Of a DNA stretch of 64,000 nucleotides, positions 27,070-35,683 are shown in pieces (within the stretch, counting starts at the first letter, position 1; each line of letters opens with the position of its first letter). The stretch is from an uncultured Erysipelotrichaceae bacterium (GTDB lineage: Bacteria > Bacillota_I > Bacilli_A > RF39 > UBA660). The notes beneath the pieces were generated by a model. That model searched no databases and had not been told where the DNA came from. It saw only the letters and a list, made by a program, of their open reading frames with translations. The DNA lies in NCBI GenBank assembly GCA_902780585.1, contig CACZGA010000002.1, forward strand, positions 126 to 64,125. The letters run 5' to 3'. Made by a program: the position numbers and the translations under genes.

Positions 27070-27489
27070 ATGAATAGAATTATTATTAGTTTAGGTAGTT
27101 ATTTAGAAGGATTATTGAATATGGCCTCCTCTCTTTCAAAAAATATAGGTCCATCATATATAAAGGTAGATTGCTATTTAAAAGAAGATTTTAAAGAACA
27201 ACTATCAAAATATTACAAAGTACCAATAGATAAAATAAATCTCCTAAAAACAAATGAAACATTAGAATCTGCCCTATCTAATTGGTTTGGTAATGAAAAC
27301 AAAATAATTGAATCAATCACCTACTGGTTTAATTTAAAGGTAAAAGGTGCTAAAGTTATATATTATTCAGAAGAAGAACTAAAAAGTATATTAGATAATA
27401 AACAAATGGACTTTTATTGTTTAGACGACCTATTCTTTGTAGAATCTAAAGAATATATATTTGTCTTTCAATTAGGTAATAACGAATAA
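27070..27489 (+). CDS. hypothetical protein
   Basis: 139 aa from ATG 27070 (AAGGAG SD 8 nt upstream; the ORF track starts at GTG 27061). No family recognised. Sits between jag and mnmE. Confidence 0.55.
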   Translation: MNRIIISLGSYLEGLLNMASSLSKNIGPSYIKVDCYLKEDFKEQLSKYYKVPIDKINLLKTNETLESALSNWFGNENKIIESITYWFNLKVKGAKVIYYSEEELKSILDNKQMDFYCLDDLFFVESKEYIFVFQLGNNE

Positions 27490-27631
27490 TTTTACACTTT
27501 TTACAGTAATAATAAAAACAAAAATAATAATAATAAAACTATAAATGTTATTATTATAATAATATGGAGTAATGTGTAGAAAAACTGATTATCTTATGTT
27601 ATAATATGATAGTTAAAAAAGGAGGGATACT

Positions 27632-28993
27632 ATGAATGATACAATTTGTGCCATTGCAACAGCCCAAGGAATAGGTGCTATCGCAATTGTAAGAGTAAGT
27701 GGAACTGAAGCTATAGATATAGTAAATAAGATATTTAAAGGTAAAGACTTATCAAAAGTAGAATCACATACTATTAATTATGGTCGTATTGTAGATCAAG
27801 AAGAAGTAATAGATGAAGTCCTTGTGTCAGTCATGAAAGCTCCTAAAACTTTTACTACAGAAGATGTTGTAGAAATTAATACTCATGGAGGTATTGCACC
27901 TACCAATAGAGTCCTACAATTATTATTAGAAAGCGGTTGTAGACTAGCTGAGCCTGGAGAATTTACCAAAAGAGCTTTCTTAAATGGTAGAATAGACTTG
28001 CTCGAAGCAGAAGCAGTTATGGATATGATAGACGCTAAGACTGATACGCAAAGAAAGATGGCTGCTAATCAAATAGATGGAAAAACATCATCATTAATTA
28101 ATGATTTAAGAAGTGATATGGTTCAAATAATATCAAATATCAACGTAAACATTGATTACCCAGAATATGATGATGTTGAAATAATTACCCAAGATGTCTT
28201 AATACCTAAAATATTAAAATTAAAAGACAAATTAAGAAAAATATTAAGAGAATCTAAAAATGGAAAAATAATAAAAGATGGTATAAAAACAGCTATAATA
28301 GGTAAGCCTAATGTAGGTAAAAGTTCTCTATTAAATGCTCTTCTTCAAGAAGATAAAGCTATTGTTACTAATATAGCCGGAACAACCAGAGATATAGTAG
28401 AAGGACAAATAGTAATAAATGGCATTGTTTTAAATATGATTGATACAGCTGGAATAAGAGAAACAGAAGATGTTATTGAAGCACTAGGCGTAGAAAAAAG
28501 TATTAAAATGATGGAAGACTCTGATTTAGTATTTTTTATGTTAAATAATAACGAAGAACTATCAGATGATTTAAAAACACTACTGAAAAAGGTAAAAGGA
28601 AAAAACTATCTGATATTAATTAATAAAGTAGATTTAGATTCTAAATTAAACAGAGATGAATTAGAAGTTGATTCAAATAGGATTATAGAAATGTCTATTA
28701 CTGAGAACAAAGGAATAGAAGAATTAAAAGAAAGAATAATAGAATTATTTAATTTAAACGAAATAGAAACAAATGACCCAACATACTTAAGTAATTCAAG
28801 AAGTATCAGTATTATAAAGAAATGTTTAAAGAAAGTAGAAGAAGTAGAAAAAGCTGTAGAAGAAAACATGCCAATTGATATGATTGAATTAGATATTAAA
28901 TATATATGGGAAGAATTAGGTAAAATAAATGGTTCTACTTATGAAGAAGAATTGTTAGATGAAATGTTTAAAAGATTTTGTCTTGGAAAATAA
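27632..28993 (+). CDS. mnmE: tRNA modification GTPase MnmE
   Basis: G1 GKPNVGKSSLLNALL, G3 DTAGIRET, C-terminal FCLGK; 453 aa. Confidence 0.95.
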   Translation: MNDTICAIATAQGIGAIAIVRVSGTEAIDIVNKIFKGKDLSKVESHTINYGRIVDQEEVIDEVLVSVMKAPKTFTTEDVVEINTHGGIAPTNRVLQLLLESGCRLAEPGEFTKRAFLNGRIDLLEAEAVMDMIDAKTDTQRKMAANQIDGKTSSLINDLRSDMVQIISNINVNIDYPEYDDVEIITQDVLIPKILKLKDKLRKILRESKNGKIIKDGIKTAIIGKPNVGKSSLLNALLQEDKAIVTNIAGTTRDIVEGQIVINGIVLNMIDTAGIRETEDVIEALGVEKSIKMMEDSDLVFFMLNNNEELSDDLKTLLKKVKGKNYLILINKVDLDSKLNRDELEVDSNRIIEMSITENKGIEELKERIIELFNLNEIETNDPTYLSNSRSISIIKKCLKKVEEVEKAVEENMPIDMIELDIKYIWEELGKINGSTYEEELLDEMFKRFCLGK

Positions 28994-29006
28994 AGATGGT
29001 GATAAA

Positions 29007-30875
29007 ATGTATGAAATTATTGTAGTAGGTGGAGGACATGCTGGATGTGAAGCAGCATATGCATCTTCAAGAAAAGGACACAAAACACTTTTAATAACAA
29101 GTAATTTAAAAAATATAGCTGATATGCCTTGTAACCCCCATATTGGTGGAAGCGCAAAAGGTATTGTAGTACGTGAAATCGATGCCTTAGGTGGAATTAT
29201 GGGAAAAGTTGCTGATAAGACACATCTTCAGATAAAAATGCTAAATAGTGCCAAAGGGCCAGCTGTACAATCTTTAAGAGCTCAAGGCGATAAAATAGCT
29301 TATCCCAAAGAAATGTTAAAAACTCTTCAAGCACAACCACAACTAGAAATAAAAGAGGGCATGGTAGAAGACTTAATAGTTGAAGACAACGTGGTAAAAG
29401 GAATAATCTTAGAAAATGGTGAAAAAATAGAATCAAAAATAGTAATACTAACAACAGGTACCTATTTAAAAGCTGATATTTTAGTAGGATCAACCCGTAC
29501 CAGACAAGGACCACATGGTGAAAAACCATCTCTTCATTTAAGTGATAAACTAAAAGAATATGGCTTTGAAATAAAAAGATTAAAGACTGGAACTCCTCAA
29601 AGAATAGATAGAAAAACAATAGATTTTTCAAAAACAAGAGTAGAACCGGGAGACAATAAGTATTTAACATTTAGCTTTGACTTAGAACCACAATATAAAA
29701 TAGAAGACCAAATACCATGTCATTTAACTTATACAACCGCAGAAACCCATAGAATTATTAGAGAGAACTTAAATAAATCATCAATGTATGGAGCACTAGA
29801 CGATATAGAAGGAATAGGTCCAAGATACTGTCCATCTATAGAGGATAAAGTAGTGAGATTTTCTGATAAAGAAAGACATCAATTATTCATAGAACCAGAA
29901 AGTAGATATTACGATGATATGTATTTACAAGGCTTTTCAACATCTATGCCAAAAGAAGTACAAGAAAAAATGGTTCATTCACTACCAGGTTTTGAAAATG
30001 CTAAAATATTAAAATACGGTTATGCTATAGAATATGATGCAATTTATCCAACACAATTAAAAAATTCCTTAGAAACTAAAGTTTTAGAAAACTTATTTAC
30101 TGCCGGTCAAATTAATGGAACAAGTGGGTATGAAGAAGCTGCTTGCCAAGGACTAATGGCCGGAATAAATGCCAGTCTAAAACTAGAAGGAAAAGATCCA
30201 ATAGTATTAAAAAGAAATGAAGCTTATATTGGTGTATTAATAGATGATTTAATAACAAAAGGAATAAGAGATCCATATAGATTACTAACTAGTAGAGCAG
30301 AGTTTAGATTATTACTTCGTAGTGATAATGCTGATCAAAGATTAAGAAGAATAGGGTATGAAGTAGGCCTTATAGATGAAGAACAATTATCACGTCTAGA
30401 TCAAAAAGAAAAAGCTATTAAAAAATGTCTAGAATGGTGCCGAGAACAAAAACTAAAAGTAACTAAAGAGGTTAAAGAAATATTTGAAAAAGAAAACTTT
30501 TCAATCCCAACAGCAACCCTTTCATTTGAACAATTATTATCTAGACCAGAAATAACAATTAGTTTTCTTGAACAATTTCAAACTTTCCCATACCAACCAG
30601 AAATAAAAGAACAAGTTGAAATATATTTAAAGTACAAAGGATATATTGAAAAGTCATATAAAGAAGCTGAAAAATTAATAAAATTAGAGAAAAAACAAAT
30701 ACCTGAAGATATAGACTATGATAAAGTTAGTAATATTGCCTCAGAAGCAAGGCAAAAATTAAAAGAAGTAAGACCAACAACAATAGCTCAAGCAATACGT
30801 ATCAGTGGTGTAAACCCTTCAGATATCTCAATACTTTCTGTATACCTAAAAAAGGAGTATGGCAAAGATGAATAA
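29007..30875 (+). CDS. mnmG: tRNA uridine 5-carboxymethylaminomethyl modification enzyme MnmG
   Basis: FAD motif VVGGGHAGCEAA. 622 aa from ATG 29007 (GGTGA SD). The ORF-track start 28959 overlaps mnmE. Confidence 0.95.
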   Translation: MYEIIVVGGGHAGCEAAYASSRKGHKTLLITSNLKNIADMPCNPHIGGSAKGIVVREIDALGGIMGKVADKTHLQIKMLNSAKGPAVQSLRAQGDKIAYPKEMLKTLQAQPQLEIKEGMVEDLIVEDNVVKGIILENGEKIESKIVILTTGTYLKADILVGSTRTRQGPHGEKPSLHLSDKLKEYGFEIKRLKTGTPQRIDRKTIDFSKTRVEPGDNKYLTFSFDLEPQYKIEDQIPCHLTYTTAETHRIIRENLNKSSMYGALDDIEGIGPRYCPSIEDKVVRFSDKERHQLFIEPESRYYDDMYLQGFSTSMPKEVQEKMVHSLPGFENAKILKYGYAIEYDAIYPTQLKNSLETKVLENLFTAGQINGTSGYEEAACQGLMAGINASLKLEGKDPIVLKRNEAYIGVLIDDLITKGIRDPYRLLTSRAEFRLLLRSDNADQRLRRIGYEVGLIDEEQLSRLDQKEKAIKKCLEWCREQKLKVTKEVKEIFEKENFSIPTATLSFEQLLSRPEITISFLEQFQTFPYQPEIKEQVEIYLKYKGYIEKSYKEAEKLIKLEKKQIPEDIDYDKVSNIASEARQKLKEVRPTTIAQAIRISGVNPSDISILSVYLKKEYGKDE

Positions 30876-31503
30876 AGAAGAGTTTTTAGAAGAACTAGCA
30901 AAAATAGGTATAAAACCCACTGAAGAGCAATTGTCTCAATTAGATAAGTTCTATCATCTTATGTTAGAATGGAACGAAAAAATCAATTTAACTAGAATCA
31001 CAGCGGAAAAAGAAGTATATTTAAAACACTTTTACGATAGTCTTACTTTAAATAAAGTAGTAGATTTAAAAAATGTAAATACTCTATGTGATATAGGAAC
31101 AGGGGCAGGCTTCCCAGGCGTAGTATTAAAAATAGTATTTCCAAATCTTAGAATAACTCTTATAGATTCTCTTCTAAAAAGAGTAAATTACTTAAATGAA
31201 ATAATAAAAGAGTTAAAACTTCAAGATATAGAAGCAATTCATTCTAGGGGTGAAGATTATAAAGGAGAATTTGATGTAGTATCATCCCGTGCCGTTGCAA
31301 ACATAGAAAAACTAGTAGATTACACTATGCATTTAGTTTCAAAAAACGGTGTATTTGTTGCTATGAAAGGTAATATTGATAAGGAATTAACGGAATCAGT
31401 AGCAAAAAAACTAAATAAAAAATATAGGATAATAAAAATAGAAAAATTTACTCTTCCCGTAGAAAATAGTGAAAGAAGCTTAGTTGTAATAAAGAAAGCA
31501 TGA
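30868..31503 (+). CDS. rsmG: 16S rRNA (guanine527-N7)-methyltransferase
   Basis: SAM motif DIGTGAGFPG. Start ATG 30868 lies 10 nt after AGGAG. The alternative in-frame ATG 30859 is only 1 nt after the SD. Confidence 0.9.
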   Translation: MNKEEFLEELAKIGIKPTEEQLSQLDKFYHLMLEWNEKINLTRITAEKEVYLKHFYDSLTLNKVVDLKNVNTLCDIGTGAGFPGVVLKIVFPNLRITLIDSLLKRVNYLNEIIKELKLQDIEAIHSRGEDYKGEFDVVSSRAVANIEKLVDYTMHLVSKNGVFVAMKGNIDKELTESVAKKLNKKYRIIKIEKFTLPVENSERSLVVIKKA

Positions 31504-31534
31504 TAATTATCATGTTTTTTTCACCAAAAACAAG

Positions 31535-31563
31535 TTGAAAGATATTAAAAAATACTTTATAAT
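31535..31563 (+). promoter_or_regulatory. sigma-A-type promoter of the noc-like gene
   Basis: TTGAAA (31535-31540), 17-bp spacer, TATAAT (31558-31563). Confidence 0.6.
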
Positions 31564-31604
31564 GTTAACATAGGAAACTAAAGAGAATAAAGTGAGGGAT
31601 TGTT

Positions 31605-32915
31605 ATGTACCCAGACGAGAAAGACGAAGTTGTACAATTATACTTGGATGATATAATTCCTAATAGATTTCAACCACGTGAAATATTTGATGAAAAAGCA
31701 TTAAAAGAACTCGCTGTATCAATTAAAGAACATGGTGTTATACAACCTATTATAGTAAGAAAAGTAAATGAAAAATATGAAATAATTGCTGGAGAAAGAA
31801 GATATAAAGCCTCAGCTCTAGCAGGACTTACAAAAATTCCAGCAATAATTAGAGACTTAGATGATAAAGAAAGTTCAAAAGTAGCATTACTTGAGAACTT
31901 ACAAAGAAAGAACTTAAACCCAATTGAAGAAGCTAGAACATTCCAAAAGATACTTGAACTTGATGAAATGACACAAGAAGATTTAGCTAAAACAATGGGA
32001 AAAAGTCAATCTGCAATTGCTAATAAAATACGTTTGTTATCACTACCTGATGAAATTCAAAGTGCTTTACTAAAAGAAGAAATATCAGAAAGACACGCTA
32101 GAACACTATTAAATCTACCAAATGCCGAAAAGCAAAAAGAAATGCTACAAAGAGTAATTAATGAAAAAATGAGTGTCAGAGCTTTAGAAAATGAAATTAA
32201 AATGATGCAACCAGTAGAAACAAGAAATGAAATAGCCTCAAGTGATTTCGTAAATAGTAATCCACTAATGCCAACTGCAGAATTACCAAAAGACACCTCA
32301 GATTATGGAAAGGTTACAATAGCCCCACCAAAAGGAGAAGATCAATCTATGCCTCATAAATTTATTAATTATGGAGAATTAGAAGAAGATGCTGATGACG
32401 GAGGAACAACATTCGATATGCCACCATCAGTAACATCAATAGATATTGATAAAATGAAAGAAACAACCACAGATATCAATAAAGTCCCTGCTAAAGGAGC
32501 AGATTTAGATAGTTTATTGAATTTAGGTAATCCAACATCTTCAATTCCAACTAATCAATTTATTACTCCAGCAGAAAAGATAGTTAAAACAGATTTAGGA
32601 GAAGATAGAATAGATAATTCAGATTATTTTAAAATGCCTGATTACAATACAGGTAATAATGAATCTCAAATGATTAATTCGGTATCTAACAACATGTTCT
32701 TATCAAGCCCACCACCAAAAGAAGAATTACCAAAAACAGAACTTGCGCCACTTAAATCATTTGAGGCAGAACCTACAACTTATACATTAGAGCAAGCAAC
32801 AAATAAAATGAGAGAGCTTATTAAAGATTTAAAAGAACATGGTGTTGAAATAAATGCTGATGAGATGGATTTTGATACATCATACCAAATAATAATTAAA
32901 ATTGATAAAAAGTAG
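31605..32915 (+). CDS. noc: Noc-like ParB-family protein (nucleoid-occlusion-protein homologue with long internal low-complexity insertion)
   Basis: 436 aa. ParB N-domain (IIPNRFQPRE, HGVIQPIIVR, AGERRYKAS). HTH region GKSQSAIANKIRLL..ISERHARTLL matches B. subtilis Noc (GKGQSTIANKLRLL..ITERHARAL) rather than Spo0J. C-terminal ..EMDFDTSYQIIIKIDKK resembles the Noc C-terminus (..EEFEEYIQLTIRIPK). rsmG-noc-parA-parB synteny. Confidence 0.75.
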   Translation: MYPDEKDEVVQLYLDDIIPNRFQPREIFDEKALKELAVSIKEHGVIQPIIVRKVNEKYEIIAGERRYKASALAGLTKIPAIIRDLDDKESSKVALLENLQRKNLNPIEEARTFQKILELDEMTQEDLAKTMGKSQSAIANKIRLLSLPDEIQSALLKEEISERHARTLLNLPNAEKQKEMLQRVINEKMSVRALENEIKMMQPVETRNEIASSDFVNSNPLMPTAELPKDTSDYGKVTIAPPKGEDQSMPHKFINYGELEEDADDGGTTFDMPPSVTSIDIDKMKETTTDINKVPAKGADLDSLLNLGNPTSSIPTNQFITPAEKIVKTDLGEDRIDNSDYFKMPDYNTGNNESQMINSVSNNMFLSSPPPKEELPKTELAPLKSFEAEPTTYTLEQATNKMRELIKDLKEHGVEINADEMDFDTSYQIIIKIDKK

Positions 32916-32932
32916 AGAAATCTACTTTTTTT
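32911..32932 (+). terminator. rho-independent terminator after noc
   Basis: AGUAGA-GAAA-UCUACU followed by U7. The stem overlaps the TAG stop. Confidence 0.6.
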
Positions 32933-33001
32933 ATGAAAATCATTTAAAAAAAAAGCAATGTTTGGTACAATATAAAAGTAATATGGAAAATGGGTGATTA
33001 G

Positions 33002-33790
33002 ATGGGAAAGGCAATATCATTAGTAAATCAAAAAGGCGGAGTAGGAAAAACGACTAGTAGCATTAATCTTTCAGCATCCTTAGCTGTATTAGGTAAAAAA
33101 GTACTACTAATTGACCTAGATCCTCAAGGAAATACCACAACAGGAGTAGGTATTAATAAGGGGGAAATAGAAAGAAGTATATATGATGTGCTAATAGGTG
33201 AATGTAAAATAACAGAAGCTATAATCAAGACAAGATATAAAAACTTATATGTTATTCCCGCTACCATTAATTTAGCAGGATTAGAGTATGAACTTATAGA
33301 AAAGAGTAATAATGATACTAGTTTTAAAAAAGGCGAACAATTAAAAATTAGTTTAATGGATATAAAAGATAGTTTTGACTATATCATTTTAGATTGTCCA
33401 CCTTCTTTATCATTAATAACAACAAATGCCTTAGCGGCATCTAATTCAGTAATAATTCCAGTACAATGCGAATTCTTTGCTCTAGAAGGAATTACTCAAT
33501 TATTAAAAACAATAATGCTTTCTCAAAAAACATTAAATCCTACTCTAGATATTGAAGGCGTTTTATTAACAATGCTAGATTCTAGAACTAATTTAGGCTT
33601 TGAAGTAGTAGAAGATATAAGAAAGTTCTTTAAAGAAAAAGTATATAATACAATAATTCCAAGATTAGTAAGATTAACAGAAGCTCCATCTCATGGAGAA
33701 CCAATTATAGCTTATGATCCAAAAAGTAGAGGATCAGAAGCCTATTTAAACCTAGCAAAGGAAGTGATTGAAAGAAATGGAAAACAATAA
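33002..33790 (+). CDS. parA: chromosome-partitioning ATPase ParA/Soj
   Basis: Deviant Walker A NQKGGVGKTTSS, DLDPQGN, ILDCPPSL; 262 aa. Confidence 0.95.
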   Translation: MGKAISLVNQKGGVGKTTSSINLSASLAVLGKKVLLIDLDPQGNTTTGVGINKGEIERSIYDVLIGECKITEAIIKTRYKNLYVIPATINLAGLEYELIEKSNNDTSFKKGEQLKISLMDIKDSFDYIILDCPPSLSLITTNALAASNSVIIPVQCEFFALEGITQLLKTIMLSQKTLNPTLDIEGVLLTMLDSRTNLGFEVVEDIRKFFKEKVYNTIIPRLVRLTEAPSHGEPIIAYDPKSRGSEAYLNLAKEVIERNGKQ

Positions 33791-34682
33791 TACCACAGAA
33801 AGTGGAATACCTAAAAGAAGAGCTTTAGGTAGAGGCCTAGAAGAATTATTTAACAGTGAAGTCTTAGATTACAACACTGTAGAAGAAAAAATAGTAAGTG
33901 ATTCAACAAAAGATGAAGTTACTATGGTTAAATTAAATGAATTAAGAAGCAATCCATACCAACCAAGAAAAGTTTTTGATGAACAAGCTCTAGAAGAATT
34001 AGCAAGTTCAATCAAAGAACATGGTGTAATTCAACCCATAATTGTAAAAAAATCTATCAAAGGCTATGAAATAATAGCTGGTGAAAGAAGAGCTAAAGCC
34101 TCACAATTAGCAGGTTTAGAAGAAATCCCAGCCATTATCAGAGATTTTAATGATACTCAAATGATGGAAATAGCCTTACTTGAAAATCTACAAAGAGAAA
34201 ATTTAAGTGCTATTGAAGAAGCTAATGCTTATAAAAAATTGCAAGAAACTTTATCTCTAACCCAAGAAGATTTAGCTAAAAGACTAGGTAAAAGTAGAAG
34301 CCATATCACAAATATGTTAGGTTTGTTAACACTACCTCAAGATATTCAAGAAGAAGTAAACAACAAAAACATCTCAATGGGACATGCTAGAGTACTTAGC
34401 AAATTAGATGATATAGCTCAACAAGAAAAACTAGCTAAAAAAGTAATTGAAGATGGTATAAGCGTTAGAAAATTAGAAGAATTAAGCCAAGAAAAAGAAA
34501 TTATAAAAACTAATCCTCAAAGAAATAAAACTCCAAATGAATATAGTTATTTACAAGAAGAATTAAGTGAAAAATTAGGTACAAAAGTAGTAATAAAGAA
34601 AAATAAGATAGAAATAAATTTTGTAAATACAAATGATTTAAATAGATTATTAGACTATATGAATATTGGAGTTGGAAAATAA
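33777..34682 (+). CDS. parB: chromosome-partitioning protein ParB/Spo0J
   Basis: GLEELF box, NPYQPRKVFD, HGVIQPIIVK, AGERRAKAS. HTH GKSRSHITNMLGLL..ISMGHARVL is ParB-type (KSR, GHxR). Start ATG 33777; the ORF track begins at TTG 33768. Confidence 0.92.
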   Translation: MENNNTTESGIPKRRALGRGLEELFNSEVLDYNTVEEKIVSDSTKDEVTMVKLNELRSNPYQPRKVFDEQALEELASSIKEHGVIQPIIVKKSIKGYEIIAGERRAKASQLAGLEEIPAIIRDFNDTQMMEIALLENLQRENLSAIEEANAYKKLQETLSLTQEDLAKRLGKSRSHITNMLGLLTLPQDIQEEVNNKNISMGHARVLSKLDDIAQQEKLAKKVIEDGISVRKLEELSQEKEIIKTNPQRNKTPNEYSYLQEELSEKLGTKVVIKKNKIEINFVNTNDLNRLLDYMNIGVGK

Positions 34683-34683
34683 T

Positions 34684-35496
34684 ATGAAAATAGATTTTGC
34701 TGGATCAACAATAGATTTAAAATTAATAGTATTACCTATTATATATATAGTAATAGGAGTGGTAATATTTAGTATTGTTAAAAATATAATTACTAAAGCT
34801 ATTAATAAAAAAGGTTTAAAAATAACCCAAAAACAAAGAGTGCAAACTCTAAGTACTATGATTGTTAATGTAATTAAGTATTTAATTGTAGTCTTTGTAG
34901 CTTTAGCAATACTTTCAATATATGGTATTAATGTAAAATCTATTATGGCAGGCTTAGGTATAGGAACAGCAATAATTGGTTTAGCTTTTCAAGACTTGGC
35001 TAAAGACTTAATAGCCGGATTCTCTATCATAACAGAAGGAGAATATGAAATAGGTGATACCATAGAAATAGATGGCTTTATGGGAGAAGTAATATTCATA
35101 GGACTTAGAACAACTAGAATAAGAAATGTTAAGGGAGCAACTAAAATAGTTGCTAACCACTATATGGATAATATAATAAATTATAGTTTAAATAACTCCC
35201 TAGCTATTGTAGATGTTTCAATTGCATATGAGTGCGATGAAGATAAAATAGATGAAGCTTTCCAACATTTATGTAAAAAATGGAATGGAAAATTAGAATT
35301 TGCCACTAAAGATATTGAAATATGGGGAGTAAATGATTTAGCTGATTCTGGAGTAGTCTATCGTATAGCTGTAGAAACAAAACCAATGAAACAATTTGTA
35401 ACAGAAAGATTCTTAAGAAAAGAAATAAAAAAGTGTCTTGATGCTGCTGGTATTAAGATACCATATACTCAAATCGAGGTGCATAATGGAAAATAA
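34684..35496 (+). CDS. mechanosensitive ion channel family protein (MscS-like)
   Basis: Three TM helices followed by GLAFQDLAKDLIAGFSII..GDTIEIDGFMGEVIFIGLRTTRIRN. Start ATG 34684. Confidence 0.85.
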   Translation: MKIDFAGSTIDLKLIVLPIIYIVIGVVIFSIVKNIITKAINKKGLKITQKQRVQTLSTMIVNVIKYLIVVFVALAILSIYGINVKSIMAGLGIGTAIIGLAFQDLAKDLIAGFSIITEGEYEIGDTIEIDGFMGEVIFIGLRTTRIRNVKGATKIVANHYMDNIINYSLNNSLAIVDVSIAYECDEDKIDEAFQHLCKKWNGKLEFATKDIEIWGVNDLADSGVVYRIAVETKPMKQFVTERFLRKEIKKCLDAAGIKIPYTQIEVHNGK

Positions 35497-35671
35497 AGAT
35501 TATAAATTAGGATCAATTGTTATAATGAAAAAACAACATCCTTGTGGAACAAACGAGTGGGAAATAGTACGTTTAGGGGCAGATATAAAAATAAAGTGTT
35601 TAAACTGTGGAAGAACAGTACTTATTCCAAGAATTGATTTTAATAAAAAACTAAAAAAAGTTAAGGAATAG
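35486..35671 (+). CDS. DUF951-family small protein (YyzM-like)
   Basis: 61 aa from ATG 35486 (GAGGTG SD). KKQHPCGTNEWEIVRLGADIKIKCLNCGR pattern. Confidence 0.75.
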   Translation: MENKDYKLGSIVIMKKQHPCGTNEWEIVRLGADIKIKCLNCGRTVLIPRIDFNKKLKKVKE

Positions 35672-35683
35672 AAGGGAAACAAT

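Noticed and set aside
29197-29670. 157-aa minus-strand ORF
   Set aside because: It is antisense inside mnmG, Leu/Phe-rich, has no SD and recalls no family.
31668-31686. parS-like half-site CCACGTGAAATA inside the noc-like gene. A similar TACGTGAAAC occurs at 2985-3002 in metG, with CACGTG cores in dnaX and rpsR.
   Set aside because: Only one half-site matches, with 4 or more mismatches to the 16-mer. In noc it simply encodes the conserved FQPRE peptide. By eye, no full parS or NBS exists outside the array, though a regex scan should confirm this.
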